Below, piece by piece: positions 37,426-57,627 of a DNA stretch of 64,000 nt (position 1 is its first letter; every line of letters starts with the position of its first letter). The translations under genes and the position numbers were made by a program. Source of the DNA: Octopus sinensis (Eukaryota); the NCBI RefSeq assembly GCF_006345805.1, contig NW_021833450.1, positions 1 through 64,000 on the forward strand, given 5' to 3'. The notes beneath the pieces were generated by a model. It searched no databases. It saw nothing but the letters and a program-made list of their open reading frames with translations, and was not told the origin of the DNA.

Positions 37426-37478
37426 GCGCTACTAATAGTTTCATATGTTGAGAACACTCAAACATATTCTTCAGGCGC
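37426..37478 (-). ncRNA. Type I hammerhead ribozyme (compact)
   Basis: Minus strand: GCGC-CUGAAGA-AUAUGUUUGAG-UGUU-CUCAACAUAU-GAAA-CUAUUAG-UA-GCGC. All three stems pair. Confidence 0.75.
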
Positions 37479-38023
37479 AAACCAAATATTATAACGAACG
37501 AAAGAAATTGAATAATAGTAGAAACGCGAAAAAACTGAGAAGGCACCATATAAAAACGCAGACAGTAAACAACGGAAAACGAAAATAGAAACTAAACTGT
37601 CAAAAATATAATGTAAAAAAGGTAAAAGAGCTATGCTACTGACACCTTGAAAGATACGGCTGAAAAAGATAACAAGCCAGTCAGAAATAGGTGGAAGTTT
37701 CCAGTTCTTCAAGAAATATTTATACATATGCATGCAACCACTGAAATTTCTGACCTGGGGTTCAATAGAGAGTTAGGGATCTTGGATTTGAACATAATCT
37801 GCAATTTTTTTTTAGCCAAAAAAAGTTTACATTTATTCGATCCGTTCACATTTATTTCTCCACGGTGTATTTGTCTTTAGCAGTTGAAATATATGACAAA
37901 CATATTTCAACTAACCTAATTGTGACTATACGTAAACACTGCTCAGCGTATTTACTCCGATATATATATATATAACGGGAAAGTTTACCAAAATAAACAA
38001 AAGACGAAGGCAGGTGGAGTACA

Positions 38024-38078
<55 letters not shown>

Positions 38079-38279
38079 TGTGTGTGTGTGTGTGTGTGGT
38101 GTGTGTGTGTGTATGAGTGATCAATAGTTTGGTATTTAATTAGTCCATCAGTTTACTCACATCCTTTAAGGCCAAAGAAATTATTGGAATAACATAATAA
38201 GCTAAAGGTGGGGCCTCAGTATCGTCCAAATATACTGTGACTAAAAGTCCGATAAAATATAAAGCAACTTTGCACTTAC

Positions 38280-38510
38280 TTTTGTTTAATTCAGTGTAAA
38301 CACCATTTGTCCCAAACTTCAAAAAGTGATCAGAATGAGTTTTACTTGACAAAAAGCATTTTTTTGTATATATTTGGTAGTCAAACGACTGACAATTTGG
38401 TTTTGTTTCACAGCTGTACAAACATGTCGTATAATTAAGACCATGCAATCCACCGACGTCATTGCGACTAGGGAGATAAGCACTGTCAACTATATCCAAC
38501 GGACATTTTC
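38280..38510 (-). CDS. PAN gene B exon 3: PAN/Apple-like domain 2
   Basis: ctcctttcAG acceptor and A|GTAAGT donor, 231 nt. Encodes GKCPLD...TTCLYSCETKPNCQSFDY...KCFLS. Confidence 0.88.
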
Positions 38511-38844
38511 CTGAAAGGAGAAAATGGACAAATGAAGTTTTTCCTTCTTTTCGTTTTCGTTTTATTTTGGATTAATGAAAAATAATAAATAAATGAAAAA
38601 TATTGGGTAAAGACACAACAACAATAACAACAAAAATAATGTCTTCCTCTTTTTCTCTATCACTTGACTCTGTAAATGAATAATCTGGTGTGTTTGTTTT
38701 TATGGCCTACCAATGTAAACAATACGTTTCACTGCCCCATGTGTCAGGAAGACACTCGGCAAGAAATGGAAACAGAAGTGAAAGAATATGCTAATAAAAA
38801 TGAAAATAATAATAATAATAATAATAATTATAATAATAATAATA

Positions 38845-39420
38845 AGTTAGGAGAATGATAATTAAAGTACCCCAAAATATAAATACTGTCATACCATTCG
38901 TCCAGATAGATGACATAAAACAAACAAGGAATCTTCGAGCTATGCGCTACTAGCTGAGGAGAACAGAAAATGGTGGAGCAAAAGAAACGACGCATTAATA
39001 CGGGCAAAGTAAGACTTAGAAAAAAATTGAGCAATGGTTAAGAGGAAACAGGAAAAATGGGAAAAAGAAAGACCGAGAAGAATTAGAGAAGGAATATAGA
39101 ATACGGAAGAACGGATTTGATGCAGTAATAGAGCAGTTAAAACAAAGGATCATGGCAAAAAGCTTGAAGGTCAGATGATTTGTGAACAGAAATATGCAGT
39201 TCGAGGAGAACAGATTTTTCAAAACTAACCCGAAACAATTCTTCCAAACGTTAGAAGGAGACAATAAGGAAAATGTTGCTCCTGATGCAAACCAAACCAA
39301 GGAGTTCTGGAGCGGATTATGGGGAAACAGTCTGGTGCATAAAAGGGATGCAATATGGATAGGAACTATCAAGACTGAATTACGAGGAAAGGAACAAGTG
39401 GGTAAAGTGCCTAACTGGAA
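38845..39420 (+). mobile_element. Dong/R4 LINE fragment between (AAT)n tracts
   Basis: NRFFKTNPKQFFQTLEG...KEFWSGLW...PNWK, homologous to the pre-RT region of the neighbouring copies. Confidence 0.7.
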
Positions 39421-39462
39421 ATTATAATTATAATTATAATAATAATATAATTATTATTATTA

Positions 39463-45613
<6,151 letters not shown>

Positions 45614-45614
<1 letters not shown>

Positions 45615-48600
45615 TATGTTTGACTTTTGCTTTATGTCTGTACAAGTTGGCTCCAAGTCTCACCCAGAGACCTCAAGGGACAACAGGTTGGAAGTTCTGT
45701 GCCATATATTTGGGGGGTTTTTTTTGGTGTTGTACTAGTGAATGTCTAATACATAAAAAAAATTTTAAAAAAGTTTGTTTTAAACCTTGGGATTACATAG
45801 AGAGTATTTTGCGTAGGATATGAGCAGTTCCCATGAGCACTATCTTTTGAATTTCTGCCATTTTGGGGTTTCCTGGTATCTGAGTTAGGTAGCAATCAGT
45901 CCCTTTCGCTATCATTCCCAGGGCACCTATGACAACAGGTATTGTTTTAGTCTTCAGCTTCCACATTTTGCTGATTTCTATTTCAAGATCTTTATATTTG
46001 CTCAGTTTTTGGTAGGTCTTGACAGATACGTTTATATCGATTGGGACAGTCATATCAATGAGGAGGCATGTTCTTTGTCTGAAGTCTTTCAATATGATGT
46101 CTGGCCTATTTGCATCTATCTGCCTGTCAGTTTGAATGGTGAAGTTCCAGAGGAGTGAGATGTGGTCATTTTCAAGCACTGGAGGTGGATTGTGTTCTCA
46201 CCAGTTTTTTTCATGGGGCAAATCCAGGTTTTTGCAAATTACCCAGTGAATATATTGTGCAGCTCTGTCATGCCTGTTGAGGTACTCTGTAGGCGCTAGA
46301 AGACTGCATTTGGAGACAACATGATCAATGGTTTCATTTTGTTGTCGGCATACACGACATGTTGGGCTACTGCCGTTCTTTAATATGTTGGCCTGGTAGT
46401 TTCTTGTTGGTAGGCATTGATCTTGAGCTGCTATGATAAACCCCTCTGCTTCAGATTTTAAGCCAGAGGCCATTAGCCATTGATGGGTCAGGGCTTTGTC
46501 AATATCTGCATTATTCGCTCTCTTTGGGTATTTGCCATAGAGAGGTCTTTCTTGCCATTTATTATTCAGAATATCTAAGGCCGCAGTTTTGGCACGGGTT
46601 TTCATGCGCCTAGCTTTTTCTGTGCTTGTTTCTTGTATGTCTATCTCTAATTCCGAAATTGGTTGTATTCGGAATTCACTTAGATATTCCTTTGCCTGTT
46701 TTGTGACTGAGTATGATGCTTTCTTGTTTTTTCATGTTTTGAGACAAGTTTTAACATCCAGTCCTCAGAGTCCTCACGGCCTCCCTCTTTTCTTGGCAGA
46801 TAAAGTCGTTCTGTATCTGCCTTAGGGTGGTGTATTCTATGCATTGTCAACAGTTTTCGTATTTTTCTGTAAAGATTACATATTTCAGTAATTGACCAGT
46901 TAACAATATTGAAACTGTAAGTCACGACTGGTATGGCTAATGCATTGATCGCTTCGATCCTGTTTCTTGCATTCAGCTCTGTCTTGAGTATTGCTCTCAC
47001 TCTTCGATAACACTCTCTCCTGATCCTTTTCTTCATCTCTGAATGCCTTATTCCGTTCCCTTCAATTACCCCTAGGTACTTGTAGCTCTCCGCTGGGTCT
47101 AGTTCTTTTATGACATTCTGCTGGTCAAGGTTAACGTTAGATGTTTCTGTCATTTTTCCTTTGATAAAGGTAGCTTTTGCACATTTATCGAGGCCGAATT
47201 GCATTCTGATGTCGTCACTGAATTGTTTGACTATCGCTAGTAAGCCCTTGAGTTGTTGGTCATGTTTTGCAAAAAGCTTTAAATCATCCATGTAAATGAG
47301 ATGATTTATATTTTTATCAAACATGTTATACCCGTACTGCGCGTCATTGAGCAGCTTTGAGAGAGGTATTAAAGATAAACAAAAGAGGAGTGGTGACAGT
47401 GAGTCACCCTGGAAAATGCCACACGAAATTTTTACATCACCAGCATTTAGGGATTCATTGTCCCTGTTCAGAGTTAGTGTGGTTCTCCATGATCTCATAC
47501 TTACAGTCAAGATGTTTCGCAGAGTAGGTGCTATCTTATACATTTCCAGGCATTTCCTAATCCAGCTATGTGATAGGCTATCAAAAGCCTTTTTATAGTC
47601 TATCCAGGCTATTGATAAGTTTTTGTGTCGTTTGTGACAATCTTCTAAGATCATCTTATTGATGAGTAGTTGGTCTTTACAGCCGTAGGATCCACGTTTA
47701 CATCCTTTTTGTTCATTAGGGAATATGATGCTGTCTGTTAAAAAACTATAGGTATATTCCGTCAGGACAGATGTTAGCGTTTTGTACATAGTTGTTAAGC
47801 AGGTTATGGGTCTATAGTTTTTTTGTTCATTTGTTTCTTCACTTTTTGGAGGCAGGAATGTTAACCCATTAACTAGCCAAGCAGGCATCCTACTAGGGTG
47901 TTTCAAAACATCATTGTACAGTTCTGTTAGCAGTTCATGGCTCTCTGGGAAGGCATTCAGTCAGAAGTTAGGAATTTTATCCTTTCCTAGAGACTTCCAT
48001 TTGCTTGACCTCCTGAGAGCAGATCTTATATCTTCTACCTTGACACCCTCTCACTTTTGCTCTTCTAAGGGGTCCAATTCTGTAGATATTCTGTCAATCT
48101 AGGGGCCTTTTCGTTGTGTGTTTTTTCTTCTGCCCAAATTTTATTCCCAAATCCCTGCACTTCTTCTTTTGATGGTACAGACCTTGCAGTAAACGCTGTT
48201 TTTCCTATCTTCCTGTAAAAATTCTTGGGGTTATTTTTGAACATGTTGTTGTCCTTGAAAAATCTAACACGCTTTTCATACCTCGCTATGCGGGCAGCTT
48301 TGGCAGATACCTTTGTTTGATGGTTTCTATGGTGGCATCAATATCAAGTATAGTTTTCATATTGTATTTTTTCATTAATTTTGGGTTTTTGTAGGTTTGG
48401 TAGTCTTGTGAGCCTTAAGGATTTTCAAATATTTAATGTCAGATCTAAATATTTTAATTTGTTGTTGCAGACGCTCTTGCCAGAAGGCTTTTTGTGGGAA
48501 TGTTGCGGTTTTCTAATCTTTACACCGCATAGGATCGTTGAGATTTTCGCGGATGCATAGTATAGGTGGTTGAGGTTTGTGACATCAATATCATTAGCTG

Positions 48601-49575
48601 AAATTATATCCTTAAGTGCAAGCCGGATTTTACCAATTATTTTCATGTTTTGGTTAGAGTTGCGGATTTTAGGGAGTGTATCACGTTCGTCCATGCTGGT
48701 TTCTTTAATTTTCAGCCATTCAATCATGATTTGATTTTTTAGCTCATGTAATTCTGTTGGGTCAATATTTGTGTGACTTTCTTTATCTATTTGATGCTCA
48801 TCTGTCTTAGTGTTTATGATTGGTTCAGGGAGTATTTCACTTTGCCTATCACTTATACTAACTCTTTCAATCCTCACTTCGTTTTTATCAGCCCTGGGCT
48901 GGTCTATAATTATTTCCTCTGTATTATCTTCTCTAGCTGCAGCTTCGTTCATTTTATCCGATATTGCTTGTCTAACTTGATCAATCTGTACTTCAGTCAG
49001 TAATTTTTTTTTATAATGTTTCTGCTGACGTTGGCAAGTTTGTTACTGTCTATGTAGGGTCTTACTTCAGGGTGTTTCTGTCTCCAGTTTAAGTATGCTT
49101 GTACAGTGTTAGATTTATCTGTGGGGAAATATATGGCATGGTAGAAGGCCTCAAGAACTTCTTTATATCTTCCCTAGACCATTTTTCCTTCTTTTTCTTT
49201 TGATTATTTGGTGATGAGCATGGATGGCCATCTGTTGGAATATTCCGGTTGTGGGGTACGTCCAGCCCCTGTGTGTTGAGAAGATTGATCCAGTAGCTGA
49301 TTTTTCAATCAGAATTTGGTTAAATTTTCGGTACGTGGTCTTTTGTAATCCGCGCAACGACCAATGCGGTTTATTGTTTGATTTGTTGACCTTGAAGCAT
49401 GACGAGCTTCCATTCTTATATTAGGAGATGGATCTGTCAGTTTAGGGTTCTCTACATGTAAGCATTGCTCATAGCGCAGCTTCTTAAGGCTAGCAGATAT
49501 ATATTCGTCTGTATTTTTTTTGTTGATAGTTTTATCTCCGAACATTTTTTTTCCTCCTCTTCCTTTCTTCAAGGC
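45614..49575 (-). mobile_element. Dong/R4 LINE of a third subfamily, near full length
   Basis: 408-aa RT ORF 46680-47906, CRVC...ETIDHVVSKC, and RPDII...IDMTVP endonuclease. 3' end abuts (TAA)n. Confidence 0.9.
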
Positions 49576-50397
49576 TCACTCTGCCTGTATTAGTTCGAAA
49601 TAATGAGAATAAAATACGGGGAAGAAAAAGAAAAAAAGGGAAAAAGACGGGATCTGTCAGTTATTATTGTTATTACTATCACCTTCACCACCATCACCAT
49701 CATTAGCAACATCACCATCACCATCATCATCATCAATGATATTGTTTTATGTGTAGCCACAGCCACCATCAACACTCCTACTGCCATTGTGTGGGAGAAT
49801 GGTTGGTTAAAGAATTCATGCTATTTGGGTCTATAAATAGATTCGGCAGATGGTGGAGACAAAGGACGTTAATGGTCAGTAAAAGGTCAAACCTGTTTAC
49901 ATTTATTTATTTAATTTCCTTTTTCTTTTCTCTTTTCTTCCTCTTCACATGCATATGTATATGTATATGTATATTCACTCACACATATTATCTGATGTTT
50001 TCGTCGATGATTTTTTTTTTTTTTAAACTTTCTGAGTTCAATGTTATGTATATATTTTTAAATTTCTGAATTCAGTTGTATGTATATAGTAGTAGGTGCT
50101 TAATTCCATAACTTTTTATCGTGCATTTAATTGTGTTGTTACAATAAAAGGTAATTTAAAAGGCAATTTTACACATTCTTATAGTCATGAGAGACGACTA
50201 AATGTAAATGTTCACACAGAATTGGAGATATTTATGTTTCTAATTTTTCTTGTTAGGTGTACGTTTGTATGAGCTGTAGATATGTACGTTTTTAAACTTA
50301 TTTTGAGGGAAATTCAAATTACTCACAGAAAACAGTAGATCTTCCAGTTTTCTACGGTTGTTTTTTTCAGTTGTCCTGCTGGGTTCGCTGTTGCCAA

Positions 50398-50476
<79 letters not shown>

Positions 50477-50887
50477 GCAGTAGTAGTAGATTTATTTCAT
50501 TTTCTAATTTTCTAATTGAAAGATATATGGGACCTCGAACTAAACTCATGCCATAGACTGAGTGGCTGCAACATTTGGAGCGCCGGAACGCAAGAGTCAC
50601 AGCAGGAAATATTGATGTTTGTTAACTTACAGAATAGGACGACGTGGCGATTGCTGGTGAACTTAATTCAATGAAAGTTTAATATTCACAAACAAGAAAA
50701 GACAAAAAGAAAACTAACAAGAATATTTTACTGCAAAATAAATGAATACACTTTCGAAATATTAAGTGAGATTTATGCGAAGGACATCATTGCTAGACAT
50801 AGCGGTTCTAAAGATATGTTTAACAGATCCCGATCAAAATACTGACAACAGCACACAAACAAACACACACTCAAACACGCACACACC

Positions 50888-50925
<38 letters not shown>

Positions 50926-51230
50926 TACACATGCACGCGCACACACACGCACACACACTCGCACACACACACACACATTCTCTCTCTCTTACGCCTTCTC
51001 TCATTGAATCTGACTCGTACACGCAGACATGAAGATATTTTGTTTAAACTAAATAATTCTGTTTATTTTGAATTTAGTAATGGAGGCAACGAACCCAGCT
51101 TACAAACGAAAAATATTGTATATGAAGCGTTGGATTAGCAAAGTGTACGGCGTAGAACTAAAAAATAATAAATACAACGTGATTGATTTTCATCTGAAAC
51201 AATAAAGCAAGCGAGAGAAAAGAGATGGAA

Positions 51231-51261
<31 letters not shown>

Positions 51262-51931
51262 TGAAAGAAAGAAAGATAGAAAGAAAGAAAGATAGAAAGA
51301 AAGGTGATCAGAATTGTGAACAATTTTGATTTGATCCAGGTTGAGGATTTTCATTCGTTTATGGATGAGTTACCCAATTTGGTTCCAAATTTCTTCATTT
51401 TATACGTGAAAAAAATTAAATCTGTGTTTCACACATTCAGTTAATCTTCTGTAATTATTTTACGTAATTTAAGTAAAACTCGTATCATATCCTCATATAG
51501 TGTAAGATATCTTTTCGTCTCCCTCACAGACTAATGTCATCTACACACAATTTATATATTACACCCCAGACATGCATTATTTTCATCATCAAAGATATTG
51601 AGAATATTTACTGACAGTCACGTGACGAAAACGTTCTCTTTCACTGAACCTAAACACACAACCTTTTGACAAAACGTTGCCTTTTCTCTTTTCTCTTTGG
51701 TAATCTCGTGTCTCAATCCGAAATTCTGTGCTAAACGCATCAGTCAAACCTTTATTAGAACCACCACTCCGGAACAAAACTATACAATAATTCTTCAACA
51801 CACACCAATCTACATAGACTAGAGAAATCGCAGCAACTTTTCAAATGCTGACAGTATTGTCTCTCTTTAGACTAAAACATAGAATACAAGTGAAGGAATG
51901 AAATAAACCCAGAAGATTCAAATTTTTTTAC

Positions 51932-52189
51932 CGTCTGTATAATTGGTCGGCACAGATCTTCTCAACTGATAAAAATCGGTATTAGTTGCGCCTATTAGCA
52001 TTTTCTCTGTTGCGTCATCTTTGTATAAAATACAGCTTGGACTTATCGTTCTGCTCACGAAGGATTTACATGCAGAAGATTCAAAACACCTCTTCGAACA
52101 GTCGTAGGCATCCACATCAAGTGTCATCAATGTTTTACCTTCCTTGAGAAGACAGTTTCCTACTTTTATAAAATAGTTCAGATGTTCAA
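51932..52189 (-). CDS. PAN gene B exon 2: PAN/Apple-like domain 1
   Basis: ctttgttacAG acceptor and G|GTAAAA donor, 258 nt. Encodes CSKRCFESSACKSF...SCILY; paralogue of 6353-6610. Confidence 0.88.
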
Positions 52190-53022
52190 CTGTAACAAAG
52201 TCAGGAAAATTAAACAACCAAAGTACGAAGACGAAAATAAAAGATTTTCGAAATAGATAATATAAAGAGAGAGAATATTAAATGTTTGACGATCAATACT
52301 GATATTTTTACCAGGAAGAAGTGATAAATTTGTTACTACCATAATGTAGGGATAATTAATCCATTCTATTATTTAAATGATTCATATGATATGTTCTGTA
52401 ATGTTTTATGCTTGTGTATTGTAAAGTTTGCCCGATTATCAGAACTTAATTTTAATAAAATGCCTACAAACTGACGAAAAACTGAAATACAACGAGTACG
52501 AAGAGCTTACTTTCAGAACCACATCTATGCCTCTGAATGGCTTTTGAGTAATTGTTAATAGCAACAACTTGAATATATCTGATTTTGACTGGAATACTAA
52601 GATTCGCCTCCTGTCTATGTAACATCTATCCCAGTTTGACTGAAAAAAATTTCACGTGCGTGAAATTACAGATTGTATTTTAATGGTTATCATGAAACCG
52701 ACCAAAGATGCACTTATATTGGTTTTGAAAGTAACTCCTTATTATGTTAAGAATTGAATTCACCATCATACGGCTGTTTCGTATTGAACTAAAAATTATA
52801 AATTTTCTTTTCAACAAATTTATTTTGAGATGGAACATATTTTCCTATACTGAACTTATAAATTAAATTTTTGCATTCTGATTTTTCATAATTTTCATAG
52901 ATATTAATATAAATCTACTCACGTCCATTTCCAAATGTCAATGAGATGTAGAAGAGAACTGCAACGAAAATTTATTTTGTAAAATATTTTATATTCCATG
53001 TCCACGTTTAACATTAATTTAC

Positions 53023-53068
53023 AAACATTAAAGACGAAAAGATTAAGAAAGAGAAGTGTTATATGCAT
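53023..53068 (-). CDS. PAN gene B exon 1: signal peptide MHITLLFLNLFVFNV
   Basis: Identical 46-nt coding exon with GTAAAT donor on the minus strand. Confidence 0.75.
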
Positions 53069-54028
53069 AATTCGATAATAAATACGACGATGACCACCAC
53101 CACATCACCATAAAAATATAATGCGAGAGTTGACCACATTCTTTCTGCTGATCCATTCCTTGTCAAACCCAATTATGTTCTTAGAAAGGAATCTATGTCC
53201 ACTGGATCATGTACCATCATTTGGAGACAAGAACGGTTAGGAAGGGATAAAACATCAAAGACGATACATAATAACCACCTGACCACAATCGGGGAAATGA
53301 CAGACAAAGATATCAAAAAGAAATCGTACAAGGATAAATTTATCAAAGAATGAAACAATAATATTTGTACTCAGATTGATATCGCAATTACTTTTTGCAA
53401 AAACATTTCCTGGTGAGAGATGTGGAAACTGTCAATATTCACGATCCATGAATTTAAAATGAACAAGAATCAGGTATGAATTTGAAAACGATATGACTGA
53501 AGTACAAGATAAAAGCCATATCAACGATATTCTCAGTTCAAAAGATGATCCAGTTAAAGCCGGCCCACATGGTACGCAAGACACTTTCAATTTAGCCGTA
53601 CATCTCAAATAGTTCCCTATATAATCACCGACCAATAAAATATTTACATTTTACACAACACATACTGTAAAGAATCACAGCGAAACAATGTAACACAACA
53701 CATTCTCCAGACATTAACTGATCCAATAAAATAAACAAAATATATTCATAAATATATGCGAGAAAATAAAATTTAAAGAAAATTTGAAGAGAAACTATCT
53801 AATGAAATACAACCCAAAATATTTATTCATGCATAAACAATATATATACACACACATATATATACACACACATATATAAATACACACACACACACACACA
53901 TATATATAATTATTTGTATATTCATGTCTCTCTCTATATATATATACATATATACATACATACATACATACATATATACATACATACATGCATGCATACA
54001 TACATACATACATACATACATACATACA

Positions 54029-54064
<36 letters not shown>

Positions 54065-54215
54065 TATACAGATATATAATTCAGTGTACATTTACACAAA
54101 CGAAGTGACCCTAGCAGGACACCATACACGCTAAAAGGAGCAGTCAAAGCCCAAACCACGGTTAAGAGTAATTTCGAAGGGAATGAAAAATAAAAACATT
54201 TTCAATAGTTAGCAC

Positions 54216-54294
<79 letters not shown>

Positions 54295-54522
54295 AAATAC
54301 AACACACACAATATAATATATATACATGCATGTATATAATAAATGAAAACAGAAGATGGAATATACAAAGATATATTATTAATCACAACAATTGTTTCGA
54401 CATATCTAGCATCGACTCCTGTGTGTGTATATATAAAAATACACAACACACATTAATAGTAATGGTAAGACAGCAAAAGAATGAAAGGGAACTCGATATT
54501 ATGTAAATAGAGGAATTTATTT

Positions 54523-54724
54523 GTAATATATGTGACAATTATTCGGTTGCTGTGATAAAACTCCGAGTTTCGGATGTCGGGGCGGAAACCTGCACCGGCA
54601 TCTCTTCAATCATCGACGCAATTAATTACCTCGATGACTGAAGAGATGATGGTGCAGGTTTCCGCCCCGACATCCGAAACTCGTTTTATCATGGCAACCA
54701 AATAATTGTCACATATTATATTAC
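54523..54724. ncRNA. ~200-bp palindrome with a hammerhead-like motif on each strand (54554-54614 on -, 54633-54690 on +)
   Basis: Arms of ~95 bp around a short AATTAATT-containing spacer. Each arm has GAUGA-(C/U)UGAAGA-GAUG...CAUC-C-GAAAC...GUU-UUAUC. Confidence 0.55.
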
Positions 54725-54788
54725 AGATATTATATATATATATAAATAAATAAATAATATATATATAGATAAATAAATATAAAAATAG

Positions 54789-54841
<53 letters not shown>

Positions 54842-54862
54842 GTATGTATAATGTATTATATA

Positions 54863-54911
<49 letters not shown>

Positions 54912-55046
54912 TATATATGTATGTATATATATACACACATGCAGATATGGGTACAGGACGTCACCAACAATAAATATGAAATACGAAAACAAATGAATTA
55001 AATACACAAACAACGAGAGAAAAATGGAAAATTTGACAAATAATAC

Positions 55047-55122
<76 letters not shown>

Positions 55123-55433
55123 TGGTGTGTTCTTGCGTGGCCTTAGTCGTAATAGCTAATTGTTAGATAATTAAAACATGACATATTAGATGTATAATAA
55201 AAGGTTTACATACAAATAATTTGAAGACAATTCCTCTCCAACATCCTTTCTGTTTTCAGGAGCAAGGATGGCTGTCGAGAATGATATGCTACTAGTTTAA
55301 TCTATTTTCTTTATGAAGGATGATTATGGCATGAATTTCTAACGTATTAACATATTGACTTACAGCCTATTTATGAAGGTATGTCATTAAATGATACAAA
55401 CATATACATATATATAATATATCATTTATTACT

Positions 55434-55493
<60 letters not shown>

Positions 55494-55524
55494 GTATATA
55501 TGCATGTATATTTGTGCATATACA

Positions 55525-55560
<36 letters not shown>

Positions 55561-55562
55561 TA

Positions 55563-56043
55563 CACTGGCGAAAATAAATTTAAGACCGATGATAAAAGTT
55601 CTCTTTCTTACACAACTTTTGCTACTAACACCATACAAATTATTTTTATCTTTTACACCTTATGCAGAATTTATTTCTCTTTCGAATGATGCAGACAATA
55701 ACTATTTTATACTACTTGAAGAATTCTAAAGCTAAATTAATATAAACGTTTCAAATTTACCGGCAAAATTAATTTAAGACCATGTAATATGTATGCAAAT
55801 TTTTTGCCAAAATGAGTACTAAGTACTAATATGTATTTCGTTCTTGTTGCTGATTTTTGCTACAATCTTAAGCTTTAAATAAAATTATAATGATGCGGTC
55901 TTAAACTAATAGTTATTGTCTGCGTCATTCGAAGAGAAATAAATTCTGCATAAGGTGTAAAAGAAATAAATAATTTGTATGGTGTTAGTAACAAATATTT
56001 TGTAAGAAATAGAACTTTATCATCGGTCTTAAATTATTTTCGC

Positions 56044-56048
<5 letters not shown>
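55563..56048. mobile_element. Tc1/mariner-type MITE with ~150-bp TIRs
   Basis: CACTGGCGAAAATAAATTTAAGACCGATGATAAAAG... mirrored at 55905-56045, in a TA context. Confidence 0.8.
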
Positions 56049-56141
<93 letters not shown>

Positions 56142-56361
56142 AGATAGATAGATAGATAGATATATTATATCATTATCCACACAGCCTTTGCCCGAGGACA
56201 ATCTGTGGACCGTGACTCTGCTCTTCTCCTCGCACCCGCCTCCCTTTTCTCGTCACTTATCACCCCTTCCTCCTACTCTTCCACCACACTATTCTCCCTA
56301 TTAAGTTGACACATTCGAACACACAGACACAGTCTTTTCAGTTCTTGACCGTTAAGTCTTG

Positions 56362-56392
<31 letters not shown>

Positions 56393-56718
56393 CCACACAC
56401 ACTTCCACGCATTCAAAGACGACACACACACATTAAGGCAATTTTACACACTCATACATTCGAGCACTCATTCATAAATAAATCAAATATAAACACCAGT
56501 CATACAGAATACATTCACTCTCTTTAATTTTCCTATACCTTCCTTCTCCTACCTTGATTCTGCCCTTGAACTATGTCAACGGACAATTTCTCCTGCTTTC
56601 ATCCAATCTGGCGTCATCCCCCTATAAATAGACATTATTTATCATTATTTTTATGGGCTCCTCGTGAGCAGTCGTCGAAAAGCTTGTTGTGCATTTTGTT
56701 GGAGAATTAAGTTCCTGG

Positions 56719-56804
56719 ATTTTCCTGAAGAGAAAGCTGAATAATGGACTCCTTATTCACTCGGAATTAGGGACTTTGCAGACTTCGAAACATATGTCGA
56801 AAAT
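56719..56804 (+). ncRNA. Type I hammerhead ribozyme
   Basis: Stem I AUUUUC/GAAAAU (6 bp), CUGAAGA, branched stem II with UGAAUAA/UUAUUCA hairpin, CGAAAC-AUAU-GUC. Confidence 0.72.
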
Positions 56805-57038
56805 AAAATAAAGGAATTTTGTTAAATCTTCGTTCAGTTCCATTCTTTCCTATACTTAATATATAAAACTTCAAATTTCCGCACTAAGGCACGGATTTTA
56901 TGCCCTATGGTCGTAACTTCAACCGTGCCTTTTCTGTTGTGAGTTGCTACCAGGTATCGGTTATCTTTCGAATTATCCGTAATAAGATAATCATTTGTCT
57001 ACTAAAAATATATATATATAATATATTTATATATATAT

Positions 57039-57075
<37 letters not shown>

Positions 57076-57104
57076 CTATATATATATATATAATATATAT
57101 AATA

Positions 57105-57368
57105 TACCACAGTATCGACCAGGCGATCGAATGTTGTTATTCATCGTTGGTCACAATGCGCTTCACATTATTTTAGCTTTCGAATGATGCCACCCTGATC
57201 GGGAGGTTGTTCCGCCACAGAGTTACTCATTTACAGCTGAATGCACGAGGACTGTGAAATGAAAAGTTATGCTCAAGGACACAACGCATCGCTAGGCCAG
57301 GGAATCGAAGCCATAATCTAACCATCTTGAGTGCAGTCACTCTAACCATTACTCCACGCGCCTTCACA
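57105..57368 (-). mobile_element. tRNA-derived SINE related to 9501-9757
   Basis: Shared block GTTACTCATTT..CAGCTGA...GTGAAATGAA...GCTCAAG.ACACAACG...GGAATCGAA. Confidence 0.7.
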
Positions 57369-57454
57369 CACACGCGTTCACGAACACACACACATGCACA
57401 AGCATATATGTATGTATATTTATATATATATATATATATAGATATATATATATA

Positions 57455-57534
<80 letters not shown>

Positions 57535-57627
57535 TATGTGCGTATGTATGTGTGTATGTTTGTATATATATATTTTTTATATTCCATACATATGTAAAAA
57601 ATATGACAGTTTAATCAAACCAACGAT

